Shown here piece by piece: positions 1 through 7,222 of a stretch of 51,420 bases of DNA. Below the pieces are notes generated by a model. The model was not told the origin of the DNA, made no database searches, and saw only the letters and a list, made by a program, of their open reading frames with translations. The stretch's first letter is position 1, and the number at the start of each line of letters is the position of its first letter. This DNA comes from Patescibacteria group bacterium (GTDB lineage: Bacteria > Patescibacteriota > Minisyncoccia > Minisyncoccales > Staskawiczbacteraceae), in NCBI GenBank assembly GCA_038065835.1, contig JBBTQB010000007.1:1-51420 (forward strand), given 5' to 3'. Both the position numbers and the translations under genes were made by a program.

Positions 1-28
1 TATCTCATTTTTGAGATTCTCAATCTGA

Positions 29-51
29 TGATAGTTCGAATCCTGCACTCT
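29..51. repeat. Family-A repeat, solo right arm (TGATAGTTCGAATCCTGCACTCT)
   Basis: Exact 23-nt match to the right arm of the 51-bp palindrome at 28898-28948. With flanking bases (19-51) it is a 32/33-nt inverted copy of 51370-51401 at the opposite end of the window. Confidence 0.9.
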
Positions 52-75
52 AAGATTCAAGATTCAAGACTTATA

Positions 76-948
76 CTATCCAGAAACGCATTGATTAAAC
101 AGGTTTACCTCATTATTATACTGTAAAATGAGATTTTTAGTATCTTGAACCAAGGCATTATAATTATTTACCAACTGATTGTAATTTTGTACTAATTGAT
201 TGTACTCAGGTGATCTTTTATTTGTATTATCAATCTCGTTTTTTAACTCATTAATTTGCAAGGATAATTGGCTTAACTGGCTTTGATTAATGTCAATCTG
301 GTCCCTTAAGTTTAAGCTTGGCTGATCACAGCTTGAAAGCGGAAGTCCAAATTCCTGCACCCCGATCCAAGTTGTTTGCCCGTTGTATGTACCTTTTATA
401 ACTGCCACCCCAATTTCTGTAAACCTTTCATTTAAAATATTGGCCCTGTGACCGAGACTGTTCATCCAAAGTTGCACAACCTCTTTTTCATTTTTAAAGT
501 TACCTAAAATTAAGTTTTCCCCCGTAACTACATAGTCATAACTATAAGTTTTTACCAAGTCACCCGGCCCCACTCCAATTGGAGAGATGTGCTCAAAATA
601 TTGTTTCAAAAACATATCATTAGCTTTTGCCAAAGCAGCCTGGTTAAGCATTGTATTTTCAATTAATGGCAGCAACATTCCATTGTTATACCTTTGAATA
701 TTTGTCTCTGCAATTACTTTTGACCTAACTAAAACAACTTGGTTTGACTGTCCTCCAACATTCAGCGGAACTGGTGCTAAAACTTCTCTTTTAATTTCAT
801 TTATAATATTTCCTAAATCCGTCTTTTCAAATTTCTGCAAATTATCATTATAGCTTTTCAAAATTACGTCACGAAAAAAATAAACAAAACCTGCAGTAAC
901 CAAAATTAAAATAATTATTCTTATTAATACTTTTAAAAATTTACTCAT
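76..948 (-). CDS. Membrane-anchored CAP/SCP (PR-1, YkwD-like) domain protein with Q/N-rich coiled-coil tail
   Basis: 290-aa ORF. N-terminal hydrophobic anchor VLIRIIILILVTAGFVYFF. CAP-type core around GHRANILNERFTEIGVAV. The last ~80 aa are heptad-like and Q/N/L-rich. Confidence 0.65.
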   Translation of the reverse strand: MSKFLKVLIRIIILILVTAGFVYFFRDVILKSYNDNLQKFEKTDLGNIINEIKREVLAPVPLNVGGQSNQVVLVRSKVIAETNIQRYNNGMLLPLIENTMLNQAALAKANDMFLKQYFEHISPIGVGPGDLVKTYSYDYVVTGENLILGNFKNEKEVVQLWMNSLGHRANILNERFTEIGVAVIKGTYNGQTTWIGVQEFGLPLSSCDQPSLNLRDQIDINQSQLSQLSLQINELKNEIDNTNKRSPEYNQLVQNYNQLVNNYNALVQDTKNLILQYNNEVNLFNQCVSG

Positions 949-950
949 AT

Positions 951-1634
951 TTACAAAAAATTCTTCAGAATTTTGAAGTCCTCAAACATTTGCTGTTTCA
1001 AGCTGTTTTGATATAAAGCCACAGCGGGGTGATATAATGTTACGATTTTCACCCGGTCAAATTGTCTGACTGTGCCAGACACCGCTTCGCTTTGCGAAGC
1101 GGATTTGACTGGGTTAATGTCCCCATACCACCAAGCTTCTGCATCAAAAACTTTCCCATGAATTTGGCTGATTGGTTTTAATTCCCAAAGAAGTTTGAAT
1201 TTTTGCATAATATAAGCCATAGAATATCTCCCGAGGGTAGCAATAATTTTGGGCTGGATAATTTCAATTTGCCTGTCCAAAAAAGGAGCATATGTTCTTA
1301 TTTCGCTTGGCAACGGGTCTCTGTTATTGGGCGGCCTGTCTTTTATAATGTTGGTAATATAAACATCTTCGCGCCTTAAACTAATTGACTCTACTAGTTC
1401 AGTCAATATATCTCCCGCCGCTCCGCAAAAAGGCCTGCCAGTTTCCGCTTCATTTTTTCCCGGACCCTCTCCAACAAACACAACTTTTGCATCGTGGCTT
1501 CCTTCTCCAATTACGGGAAAAGCTCTATTCTTTATCCTTTCCTTATAAAGCGGTGAATCTTTTAAATTCACTATCTCTTCCTTGATTTGCCTTAAAAGTT
1601 CGTATTTTTCACTATTTGTCATGTTATTTGCCAT
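951..1634 (-). CDS. Uracil-DNA glycosylase, family 4
   Basis: 227-aa ORF with family-4 motifs GEGPGKNEAETGRPFCGAAG and HPAVALY. Contains an in-frame palindromic insert at 1051-1114. Confidence 0.85.
   Translation of the reverse strand: MANNMTNSEKYELLRQIKEEIVNLKDSPLYKERIKNRAFPVIGEGSHDAKVVFVGEGPGKNEAETGRPFCGAAGDILTELVESISLRREDVYITNIIKDRPPNNRDPLPSEIRTYAPFLDRQIEIIQPKIIATLGRYSMAYIMQKFKLLWELKPISQIHGKVFDAEAWWYGDINPVKSASQSEAVSGTVRQFDRVKIVTLYHPAVALYQNSLKQQMFEDFKILKNFL
1051..1114. repeat. Family-F structured palindromic element (closing stem plus two hairpins), intragenic in UDG
   Basis: Termini ACCCGGTCAAAT (1051-1062) and ATTTGACTGGGT (1103-1114) enclose hairpins TGTCTG-n7-CAGACA and CCGCTTCGC-ttt-GCGAAGCGG. 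Local G+C spike. Translated in frame as NPVKSASQSEAVSGTVRQFDRV. Confidence 0.85.
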
Positions 1635-1639
1635 ACAAA

Positions 1640-1963
1640 CTATAATTCTTTATTAATCCACTCTAAATATTCTTGACTTCCTTCAATAATTGGCAGAGCA
1701 ATAATTTCTGGCAATTCATAAGGATGAATTATCTTAATTTCCTTTTCTACTTTTTTATAATTACTCATTTTTGTTTTTATAATACATAAAAATTCTCTTG
1801 ATTTCTCAATTTTGCCATGCCAACGGTAAACACTTTCAATTGGTCCTGTGATTTGGACACAGGCAGAAAGTTTTTTATTTACTAAAGTTTTGGCAATTTT
1901 ATACGCATCATTTTTCTTTGTCGTTGTTGTAAAAATTTGTATGTATTTCTGCCTGTTTTTCAT
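1640..1963 (-). CDS. cutA: Divalent-cation tolerance protein CutA
   Basis: 107-aa ORF. Size and pattern (ACVQI..P.ESVYRW.GKIE...E..L.IKT....Y..VE..I...HPYE.PEI) are typical of the CutA1 family. Confidence 0.8.
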   Translation of the reverse strand: MKNRQKYIQIFTTTTKKNDAYKIAKTLVNKKLSACVQITGPIESVYRWHGKIEKSREFLCIIKTKMSNYKKVEKEIKIIHPYELPEIIALPIIEGSQEYLEWINKEL

Positions 1964-2012
1964 AATATTTTATAATGATATAATTAATCAAAGGTCTCTA
2001 TTCACTAAAATT

Positions 2013-2210
2013 ATGTTAATTCAACAAAAAACTTATTTTACTGTGGTTTCCACAATCTTTCTTATCATTGCTGTATTACATCTACTAAGAATAGTTTTAG
2101 GGTGGTACGCTGAAATCGGAGGATGGAGTGTCCCAATTTGGCTAAGCTGGATTGCTTTGATTATTTCTGGATACTTAGCTTTCGCTGGTTTTAAATTAGC
2201 AAAAAAATGA
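2013..2210 (+). CDS. Small two-helix membrane protein (unknown function)
   Basis: ATG at 2013 inside the longer 1848-2210 ORF, whose 5' part is antisense to cutA. 65 aa with two hydrophobic helices. One of the only plus-strand coding candidates. Followed by a bidirectional terminator. Confidence 0.35.
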   Translation: MLIQQKTYFTVVSTIFLIIAVLHLLRIVLGWYAEIGGWSVPIWLSWIALIISGYLAFAGFKLAKK

Positions 2211-2214
2211 TGAA

Positions 2215-2403
2215 ATGATGAATATATTTAAATCCTTCACCTTAAAATAGTGGCAGGGTAGTTTGTTTAAAATAGCTTTGCTTTCTCTCGGCATTGCCAT
2301 TGGTGCCAATTGGCCTGAATTATTTGTTGATTGGACGGGTGTTTTTCTTATTCTATTTATAGTATTATCCGGTTACGTTACAATAGTATGGTGGAAACAG
2401 TAA
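2215..2403 (+). pseudogene. Second small two-helix membrane ORF interrupted by an in-frame TAG
   Basis: The frame from ATG 2215 reads MMNIFKSFTLK-TAG(2248-2250)-WQGSLFKIALLSLGIAIGANWPELFVDWTGVFLILFIVLSGYVTIVWWKQ-TAA. A TTG at about 2263 could be an alternative start. Confidence 0.25.
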
Positions 2404-2420
2404 ACTAAATAGTGCCTTCC

Positions 2421-2464
2421 AACTATCCCATCTTTTTTGCAATTGCAAAAAAGATGGGATAGTT
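2421..2464. terminator. Bidirectional rho-independent terminator between convergent genes
   Basis: Perfect 44-nt palindrome AACTATCCCATCTTTTTTGCAATTGCAAAAAAGATGGGATAGTT, with T-runs usable on either strand. Confidence 0.7.
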
Positions 2465-2731
2465 TTATTCTAGCGAAATAATTTGCAATCCTTTTCCTTT
2501 AATTTCTTGTTCTGACCAGAATGACTCATCAATTTTTAATTTAAAAACATACGTCGCCTTTTTCTCAACCTTTCTGCCGGTATACTCTTTTGTTTTTGGA
2601 TCCCACTCTTCTAATACCAATGTATCGCCTTCTCTTATATCAAAATCATTCAATCTTAAATCAAACTTCTTTTTTCCTGAAACAATATCGTCAAAATATC
2701 CCGGCCAAACTTTCTTCTTAGTTACTGCCAT
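2465..2731 (-). CDS. ASCH-fold / DUF3850-like small RNA-binding-type protein
   Basis: 88-aa ORF. The pattern G.KKFDLRLNDFDIREGDTLVLEEWD....YTGR resembles the DUF3850/ASCH family. Confidence 0.5.
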   Translation of the reverse strand: MAVTKKKVWPGYFDDIVSGKKKFDLRLNDFDIREGDTLVLEEWDPKTKEYTGRKVEKKATYVFKLKIDESFWSEQEIKGKGLQIISLE

Positions 2732-2757
2732 ATTTTTTATTAGATAATAATGTACTG

Positions 2758-3278
2758 CTACTCTTTACCATGACATTTCTTATAATAGGGAGAGCCTTTG
2801 GGAAAATTATACATTTGCCGAACATCTTCTAAGTCGGTGGATCTTGCAACAATGGATTTATAACCTATTAACTCATCTCTGTTAACAACTGGTAAACACA
2901 TCTCGTAAATAAGAAACATTTTTGATCTAGAAAAATCGGTAGGATAGTTAATCCATTCGCCCGTTTTTGCATCATGTATTTTAACTTTATATGCACCCCC
3001 CAAATCAATTGGCTGATTATGATAATTTAACGTTAATAACATTAAGTTAAAGTGATCAGATTTATGTAGATAAGGACCTTTAACTATGAATCTCCTAACA
3101 TAATCAGTTAATACATCGAACCTGTCCTCTGGTATATCTATGTCTATATCGTATAAGGGGCGAGTTGAACATAAATACGAGCAGCAAAACCAGCTGTTAT
3201 CTGATAAGGGATTCTGTGGCTTTTTAGAATACTGCTTATCCAGACTAAAGCATTTTTCACTTTACAATCATTTCCCAT
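2758..3278 (-). pseudogene. Nucleotidyltransferase-fold protein (aminoglycoside/lincosamide NTase-like) with a frameshift in a G4/C4 run
   Basis: ATG at 3278 (overlaps the secA stop by 11 nt) reads MGNDCKVKNALVWISSILKSHRIPYQITAGFAARIYVQLAPYTI-stop(3144). The -1 frame continues RPLYDIDIDIPEDRF... into ORF 2758-3042. One extra C in the CCCC run (plus-strand GGGG 3157-3160) would give the NTase motif ...LAPLYDIDIDIPE. Confidence 0.5.
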
Positions 3279-5748
3279 GGCATTTTTTAAACTTTTTACC
3301 ACCCCCACACCAGCATGGGTCGTTTCGGCCAATTTGGGTGTTGGTTGTTTGATTTTGGGTATTAGATATTTGACTTTGATTCGCTAAGTTTTCGACAATC
3401 CTTGGTTGCCGTTGTGGTTGTACTTGCGTCCCTGCTCTCAAAATATTATCCACAACTTCAAAATCTATCTGATTTAATAGTTGTTGAAATAATCTTCTGC
3501 CCTCGTTTTTGTACTCAACTAAAGGATCTTTACCACCGTAAGCTCTTAATCTTACTGAATCTCTCATATGGTCCATATTGGTAAGATGTTCCTGCCATAG
3601 CATATCTAAAACCCTCAAGTTTATAAACTTAGCGGTCTGATAAAAGTTTTCTTCGCCTAATTCTTTTTTCTTTTTTACTAACTCTTCGGCATTTTGTAAA
3701 TTGTTTATTGTATATTGTTTATTTTCTAGGATTTCTGGTTTAGAGTTTTCAAGAAGTGCCTTGCGCTTCTTGTATATAATTTCCCTGTGCTTATTCATTA
3801 CGTCGTCATATTCTAGCAAGTGATGTCTTGCGTCAAAGTTAAATCCTTCAATTTTTGCCTGTGCAGATTCTAGAGCCCCTGAAATCATTTTTGCCTGAAT
3901 TGGCTCGTCTTCTGGCACCTTTAAAGCAGACATTAACCCTTTAATCCTGTCCCCACCAAAAACTCTCATTAAGTCATCTTCAACAGAAACAAAAAATTGG
4001 GTTGACCCCGGATCTCCCTGCCTTCCAGACCTTCCTCTTAGCTGATTATCAATTCTTCTTGCCTCGTGTCGTTCGGTTCCAATGACATACAAACCACCTA
4101 ATCCCAAAACCCTTAGACTTTGCTCAGGGTCCTGGGGGTTGCCCCCCAGAATAATATCAACCCCGCGGCCTGCCATATTGGTTGCGATAGTTACTGCCCC
4201 CTTTTTTCCGGCTTGAGCTATAATTTCTCCCTCCTTTTCATGGTTTTTAGCATTTAAAATTTGGTGTGGAACGCCTTCTAAATCCAGAAGTTTTCCCAAA
4301 TACTCATTTTTTTCAACGGATCTCGTACCTACCAATACTGGCTGGCCTTTTTGGTTTAGTTCTTTAATTTCTCTTACTACTGCTTTTAACTTTCCGGCTT
4401 CCGTTTTAAAAATCTTATCCTCCAAATCTTTTCTTATCATGGGTTTGTTAGTTAAAACTACAGCAACATCTAATTTGTAAACTTTATCAAACTCTTCAGC
4501 TGAAGTTAAAGCGGTCCCTGTCATACCTGAAAGCTTTTTATAAAGTCGGAAATAATTTTGAAAAGTAATGGTTGCCAATGTTACAGATTCTGGCTGTATT
4601 TTCACGTCCTCTTTTGCCTCAACTGCTTGGTGCAGTCCCTGTGACCAGCGGCGCCCCGGCAGCATTCTGCCAGTGAACTCATCAATAATTATTATTTCGT
4701 CGTTTTTTACAACATAATCTCTGTCTTTTTGAAACAAAGATTTTGCTCTTAATGCAGATTCTAACTGATGAGTTGACGTTATGTCGTTTTCTGCCCAAGG
4801 GTCAGCCCCCAGATTTTTTACAACTTTATCTTGGCCGACCTCGGTAAAATGGACTGCTTTTAATTTTTCGTCAACTGTATAATCTTCATCTCTAACTAAG
4901 GGAGCTACAACTTTTGTGAATTGATGGTATTTTTCCGTTGGATCTTCTGCCTGCCCTGAAATAATTAGAGGAACTCGTGCTTCATCAATTAAAATAGAGT
5001 CCACTTCGTCAACAATGACAAAGTTATGCCCTCTTTGCGATTGCTGGCCCAAATCATAAACCATGTTATCTCTCAAATAGTCAAAACCAAACTCATGGTT
5101 GGTCCCGTAAGTTATATCAGCTTCATATGCTTCTTTTTTACTAACGGGCCTTAAATAATCCTCCACTACCTTAAAACCACCCACCGTGTCTCTTTTTTTA
5201 TCCAAATCGTTCCTTTCTAAATTTTCATTTTGATTTTTGATTTTTGATTTTTGATTTTCGTATACGTATCCTCCTTCATGAGTTATACAACTCACAGACA
5301 ATCCCAAGGCAGTGTAAATTTGTCCCATCCAAACAGCGTCTCTTTTTGCCAAGTAGTCGTTAACCGTTACAATATGAACTCCTTTTCCCTCCAAAGCATT
5401 TATATAGGCAGGCAGAGTGGCAGTTAAAGTTTTTCCTTCTCCCGTTCTCATTTCAGCAATTTTTCCCTGATGCAAGATAATTCCACCCATCAACTGTACA
5501 TCGAAATGGCGCTGATTTAGAGTACGCAGTGCCGCTTCGCGAACCAATGCAAAAGCCTCTGATAAAATATCATCTAAAGTTCCTCCTTTTGCCAATCTTT
5601 CCTTTAATTCTTTTGTTTTTTCTTTTAATTGATCCTCCGATAACTTCTGAATTTCTGGCTCAAGAGAATTTATTTTTTCAGTAATTGGCTGCAGGCTTTT
5701 GGCAACTTTTTGGTTAGAATCCCCAAAAATTTTAGTAAAAATAGACAT
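3268..5748 (-). CDS. secA: Preprotein translocase ATPase SecA
   Basis: Start taken at MSIFTKIFGDSNQK (ATG 5748); the longer ORF to 5817 reads through an upstream terminator hairpin. Walker/DEAD-type VIVDEVDSILIDEARVPLIISG. C-terminal zinc motif CWCGGGKKFKKCHGK. Confidence 0.97.
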   Translation of the reverse strand: MSIFTKIFGDSNQKVAKSLQPITEKINSLEPEIQKLSEDQLKEKTKELKERLAKGGTLDDILSEAFALVREAALRTLNQRHFDVQLMGGIILHQGKIAEMRTGEGKTLTATLPAYINALEGKGVHIVTVNDYLAKRDAVWMGQIYTALGLSVSCITHEGGYVYENQKSKIKNQNENLERNDLDKKRDTVGGFKVVEDYLRPVSKKEAYEADITYGTNHEFGFDYLRDNMVYDLGQQSQRGHNFVIVDEVDSILIDEARVPLIISGQAEDPTEKYHQFTKVVAPLVRDEDYTVDEKLKAVHFTEVGQDKVVKNLGADPWAENDITSTHQLESALRAKSLFQKDRDYVVKNDEIIIIDEFTGRMLPGRRWSQGLHQAVEAKEDVKIQPESVTLATITFQNYFRLYKKLSGMTGTALTSAEEFDKVYKLDVAVVLTNKPMIRKDLEDKIFKTEAGKLKAVVREIKELNQKGQPVLVGTRSVEKNEYLGKLLDLEGVPHQILNAKNHEKEGEIIAQAGKKGAVTIATNMAGRGVDIILGGNPQDPEQSLRVLGLGGLYVIGTERHEARRIDNQLRGRSGRQGDPGSTQFFVSVEDDLMRVFGGDRIKGLMSALKVPEDEPIQAKMISGALESAQAKIEGFNFDARHHLLEYDDVMNKHREIIYKKRKALLENSKPEILENKQYTINNLQNAEELVKKKKELGEENFYQTAKFINLRVLDMLWQEHLTNMDHMRDSVRLRAYGGKDPLVEYKNEGRRLFQQLLNQIDFEVVDNILRAGTQVQPQRQPRIVENLANQSQISNTQNQTTNTQIGRNDPCWCGGGKKFKKCHGK
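5228..5258. repeat. Heptanucleotide tandem repeat (TTTTTGA x about 4) inside secA
   Basis: GA dinucleotides recur at 7-nt spacing (5232, 5239, 5246, 5253). Encodes KSKIKNQNEN within a lineage-specific SecA insert. Confidence 0.85.
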
Positions 5749-5788
5749 AGAATTATACTTCACTCTACATAAAAATGACACTTTTAGC

Positions 5789-5822
5789 AATAAAAAGGCT
5801 CGAGATCCGCGGATCACGAGCC
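5789..5822 (-). terminator. Rho-independent terminator of the G+C-rich gene
   Basis: Near-perfect 26-nt palindrome GGCTCGAGATCCGCGGATCACGAGCC (5797-5822), followed on the minus strand by TTTTTATT. It lies 10 nt after the stop at 5832. Confidence 0.7.
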
Positions 5823-5831
5823 ATGAATTGA

Positions 5832-6698
5832 TCAGTTGAAGCTCAGCTCAACAGCTGAGGCTTCGGGATGTTCACCGTGCCCGATGTGGGGTTGGTAATC
5901 TTTCTCATCCCGCCATTTGAGAACAGCAGATATGCCACTGCTCTCGTACAGCCGTCCCAACTCATCCTTGTATCCTGGCCGGAAGTGACGATGCAAGAGG
6001 CCATCAGTACCAATGAGTACCCATAACACCTGATGGAGGTGGTCGATGTGCACCATTGTTCGATATTGAAGAACGGTTGGATCCCCGTTTAGCGTGGCCC
6101 AGCCGCCCTTGCCGATGTTCTTGTTGGCGTAACGCACGCGCTTTTCCTGGTAGTGCGGGTAGTACAGATTCCAGGCTTCGCCTTTGTTGCCACCAGCTTG
6201 CTCGAGGCACTTGCCATAGGCATTAATGTCCTGCTCCTCGACTTCGTGAGCGGCTTGGTCGAAACCAGACACGAAGTGGTACCCTTCCAAATCCTTCCAG
6301 AGCTGGAAGCAATCTCCCCCTAGAAATGTGAGAGCGACGTTATCGAAAATCCGACAGATGGCGAAGCTTGCTCCGCCCACATCGTCTCCATTGCAAGGAT
6401 CTTTGCCGATGCTCTGGTGCATTCGGCGGACTCCATCGTTTGTCTGGCGGAGAAAAGAGTAGAGATCAATAGGGCCATTCAAGGCTGCCGCATTGGCAGT
6501 GAGTACTATTGAGGCCATTTGCCCTCCCGTAAGCCCGCAACACGGGTAACGCACGGGTGGGTGCTTTGGGCAGTAGGCTGCCGAGTCGCCATCCGCAGTG
6601 GCATAGACCTGAGCTTCGTCGTTGCAGGATACCGCATCCTCCCTGATAGCCCTCTCATCCGACGGTGGACGGGAGAAGGGTTTGGCAGAAAATCTCAT
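5832..6698 (-). CDS. PP2C-like (PF13672-type) putative Ser/Thr phosphatase, compositionally foreign
   Basis: ATG at 6698 (MRFSAKPF) preceded by GGAGAG. Motif series REDAV, ATADGDSAAY, GGASFAI, GGDCFQLW, IGTDGLL resembles PP2C_2 metal-binding motifs. Clearly G+C-rich relative to both flanks. Confidence 0.5.
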   Translation of the reverse strand: MRFSAKPFSRPPSDERAIREDAVSCNDEAQVYATADGDSAAYCPKHPPVRYPCCGLTGGQMASIVLTANAAALNGPIDLYSFLRQTNDGVRRMHQSIGKDPCNGDDVGGASFAICRIFDNVALTFLGGDCFQLWKDLEGYHFVSGFDQAAHEVEEQDINAYGKCLEQAGGNKGEAWNLYYPHYQEKRVRYANKNIGKGGWATLNGDPTVLQYRTMVHIDHLHQVLWVLIGTDGLLHRHFRPGYKDELGRLYESSGISAVLKWRDEKDYQPHIGHGEHPEASAVELSFN

Positions 6699-6782
6699 GC
6701 ATCTCTCCACTGAAATGTGCTACTGCAGAAACCAAATCCCCCGCAGTATGGGTGCTAAGCAGAAATGCAAAGCATAGTAAAT

Positions 6783-6811
6783 ATATTATGACAAAGATTA
6801 TATACTGTCAA
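6783..6811 (-). promoter_or_regulatory. Sigma-70-type promoter for the G+C-rich gene
   Basis: Minus strand TTGACA (6811-6806), 17 nt spacer, TAATAT (6788-6783). About 85 nt upstream of the ATG and just downstream of the hpf stop. Confidence 0.55.
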
Positions 6812-6851
6812 ACTAAAAAACCGCTACACCGGAGTTTTTAGTTTTTTATTT

Positions 6852-7205
6852 TTAGATAATTTCTCTCTTTGTTTTTCTGTACTTGCGGCGGGGCAGCTCA
6901 ACTGTTTTTGACTTATACTTTCTTATTTCTCTTTCCATCTCGCTCTTTACTTTTGTAATTACCCTGCCTAGATTTTCCCCATGAGACCTTGCCACCAGGT
7001 TGGTTCCGGGTAGATTAATCATTGCTTCTGATTTAAAAATATCTCCTTTACGATGGTGCTTTGTCTCTTTTTCTACCTCAAATAATAATTCTGAACTTTC
7101 CTGCAAATTTTTAACCAACTTTTTGAGACTTACCATTTTCTTATTAATTAAATTTTCTAGCGAATCAGTAAGCTCTAAATTTTTGGTCTTAATAATTATA
7201 TTCAT
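6852..7205 (-). CDS. hpf: Ribosome hibernation promoting factor / RaiA family (short form)
   Basis: 117-aa ORF. N-terminal MNIIIKTKNLELTDSLENLINKK and a basic C-terminus are typical of the S30AE/HPF family. Confidence 0.8.
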   Translation of the reverse strand: MNIIIKTKNLELTDSLENLINKKMVSLKKLVKNLQESSELLFEVEKETKHHRKGDIFKSEAMINLPGTNLVARSHGENLGRVITKVKSEMEREIRKYKSKTVELPRRKYRKTKREII

Positions 7206-7222
7206 ATTTTCTCTTTAGAGAT

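Noticed and set aside
1051-1114. Family-F three-way junction as a hammerhead or other small self-cleaving ribozyme
   Set aside because: The junctions have 0-1 unpaired nucleotides and lack the conserved CUGANGA / GAAA core. The hairpin sequences are not conserved. No known ribozyme core is recognisable by eye.
5749-5817. N-terminal extension of the secA ORF, and likewise 28883-28945 for the GT4 ORF
   Set aside because: The extensions read through a terminator hairpin and the 51-bp palindrome respectively. Canonical N-termini (MSIFTKIFG..., MKKVLFLIP...) start at internal ATGs.
6004-6713. 68-aa (6004-6210, minus) and 64-aa (6519-6713, plus) ORFs inside the G+C-rich gene
   Set aside because: These are alternative-frame ORFs typical of G+C-rich DNA, where stop codons are rare. 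The 288-aa frame carries the PP2C-like motifs.
6815-6850. Terminator after hpf
   Set aside because: Only a weak 3-bp G+C core (CCG...CGG) within A/T runs. It may function, but the support is too thin to call.
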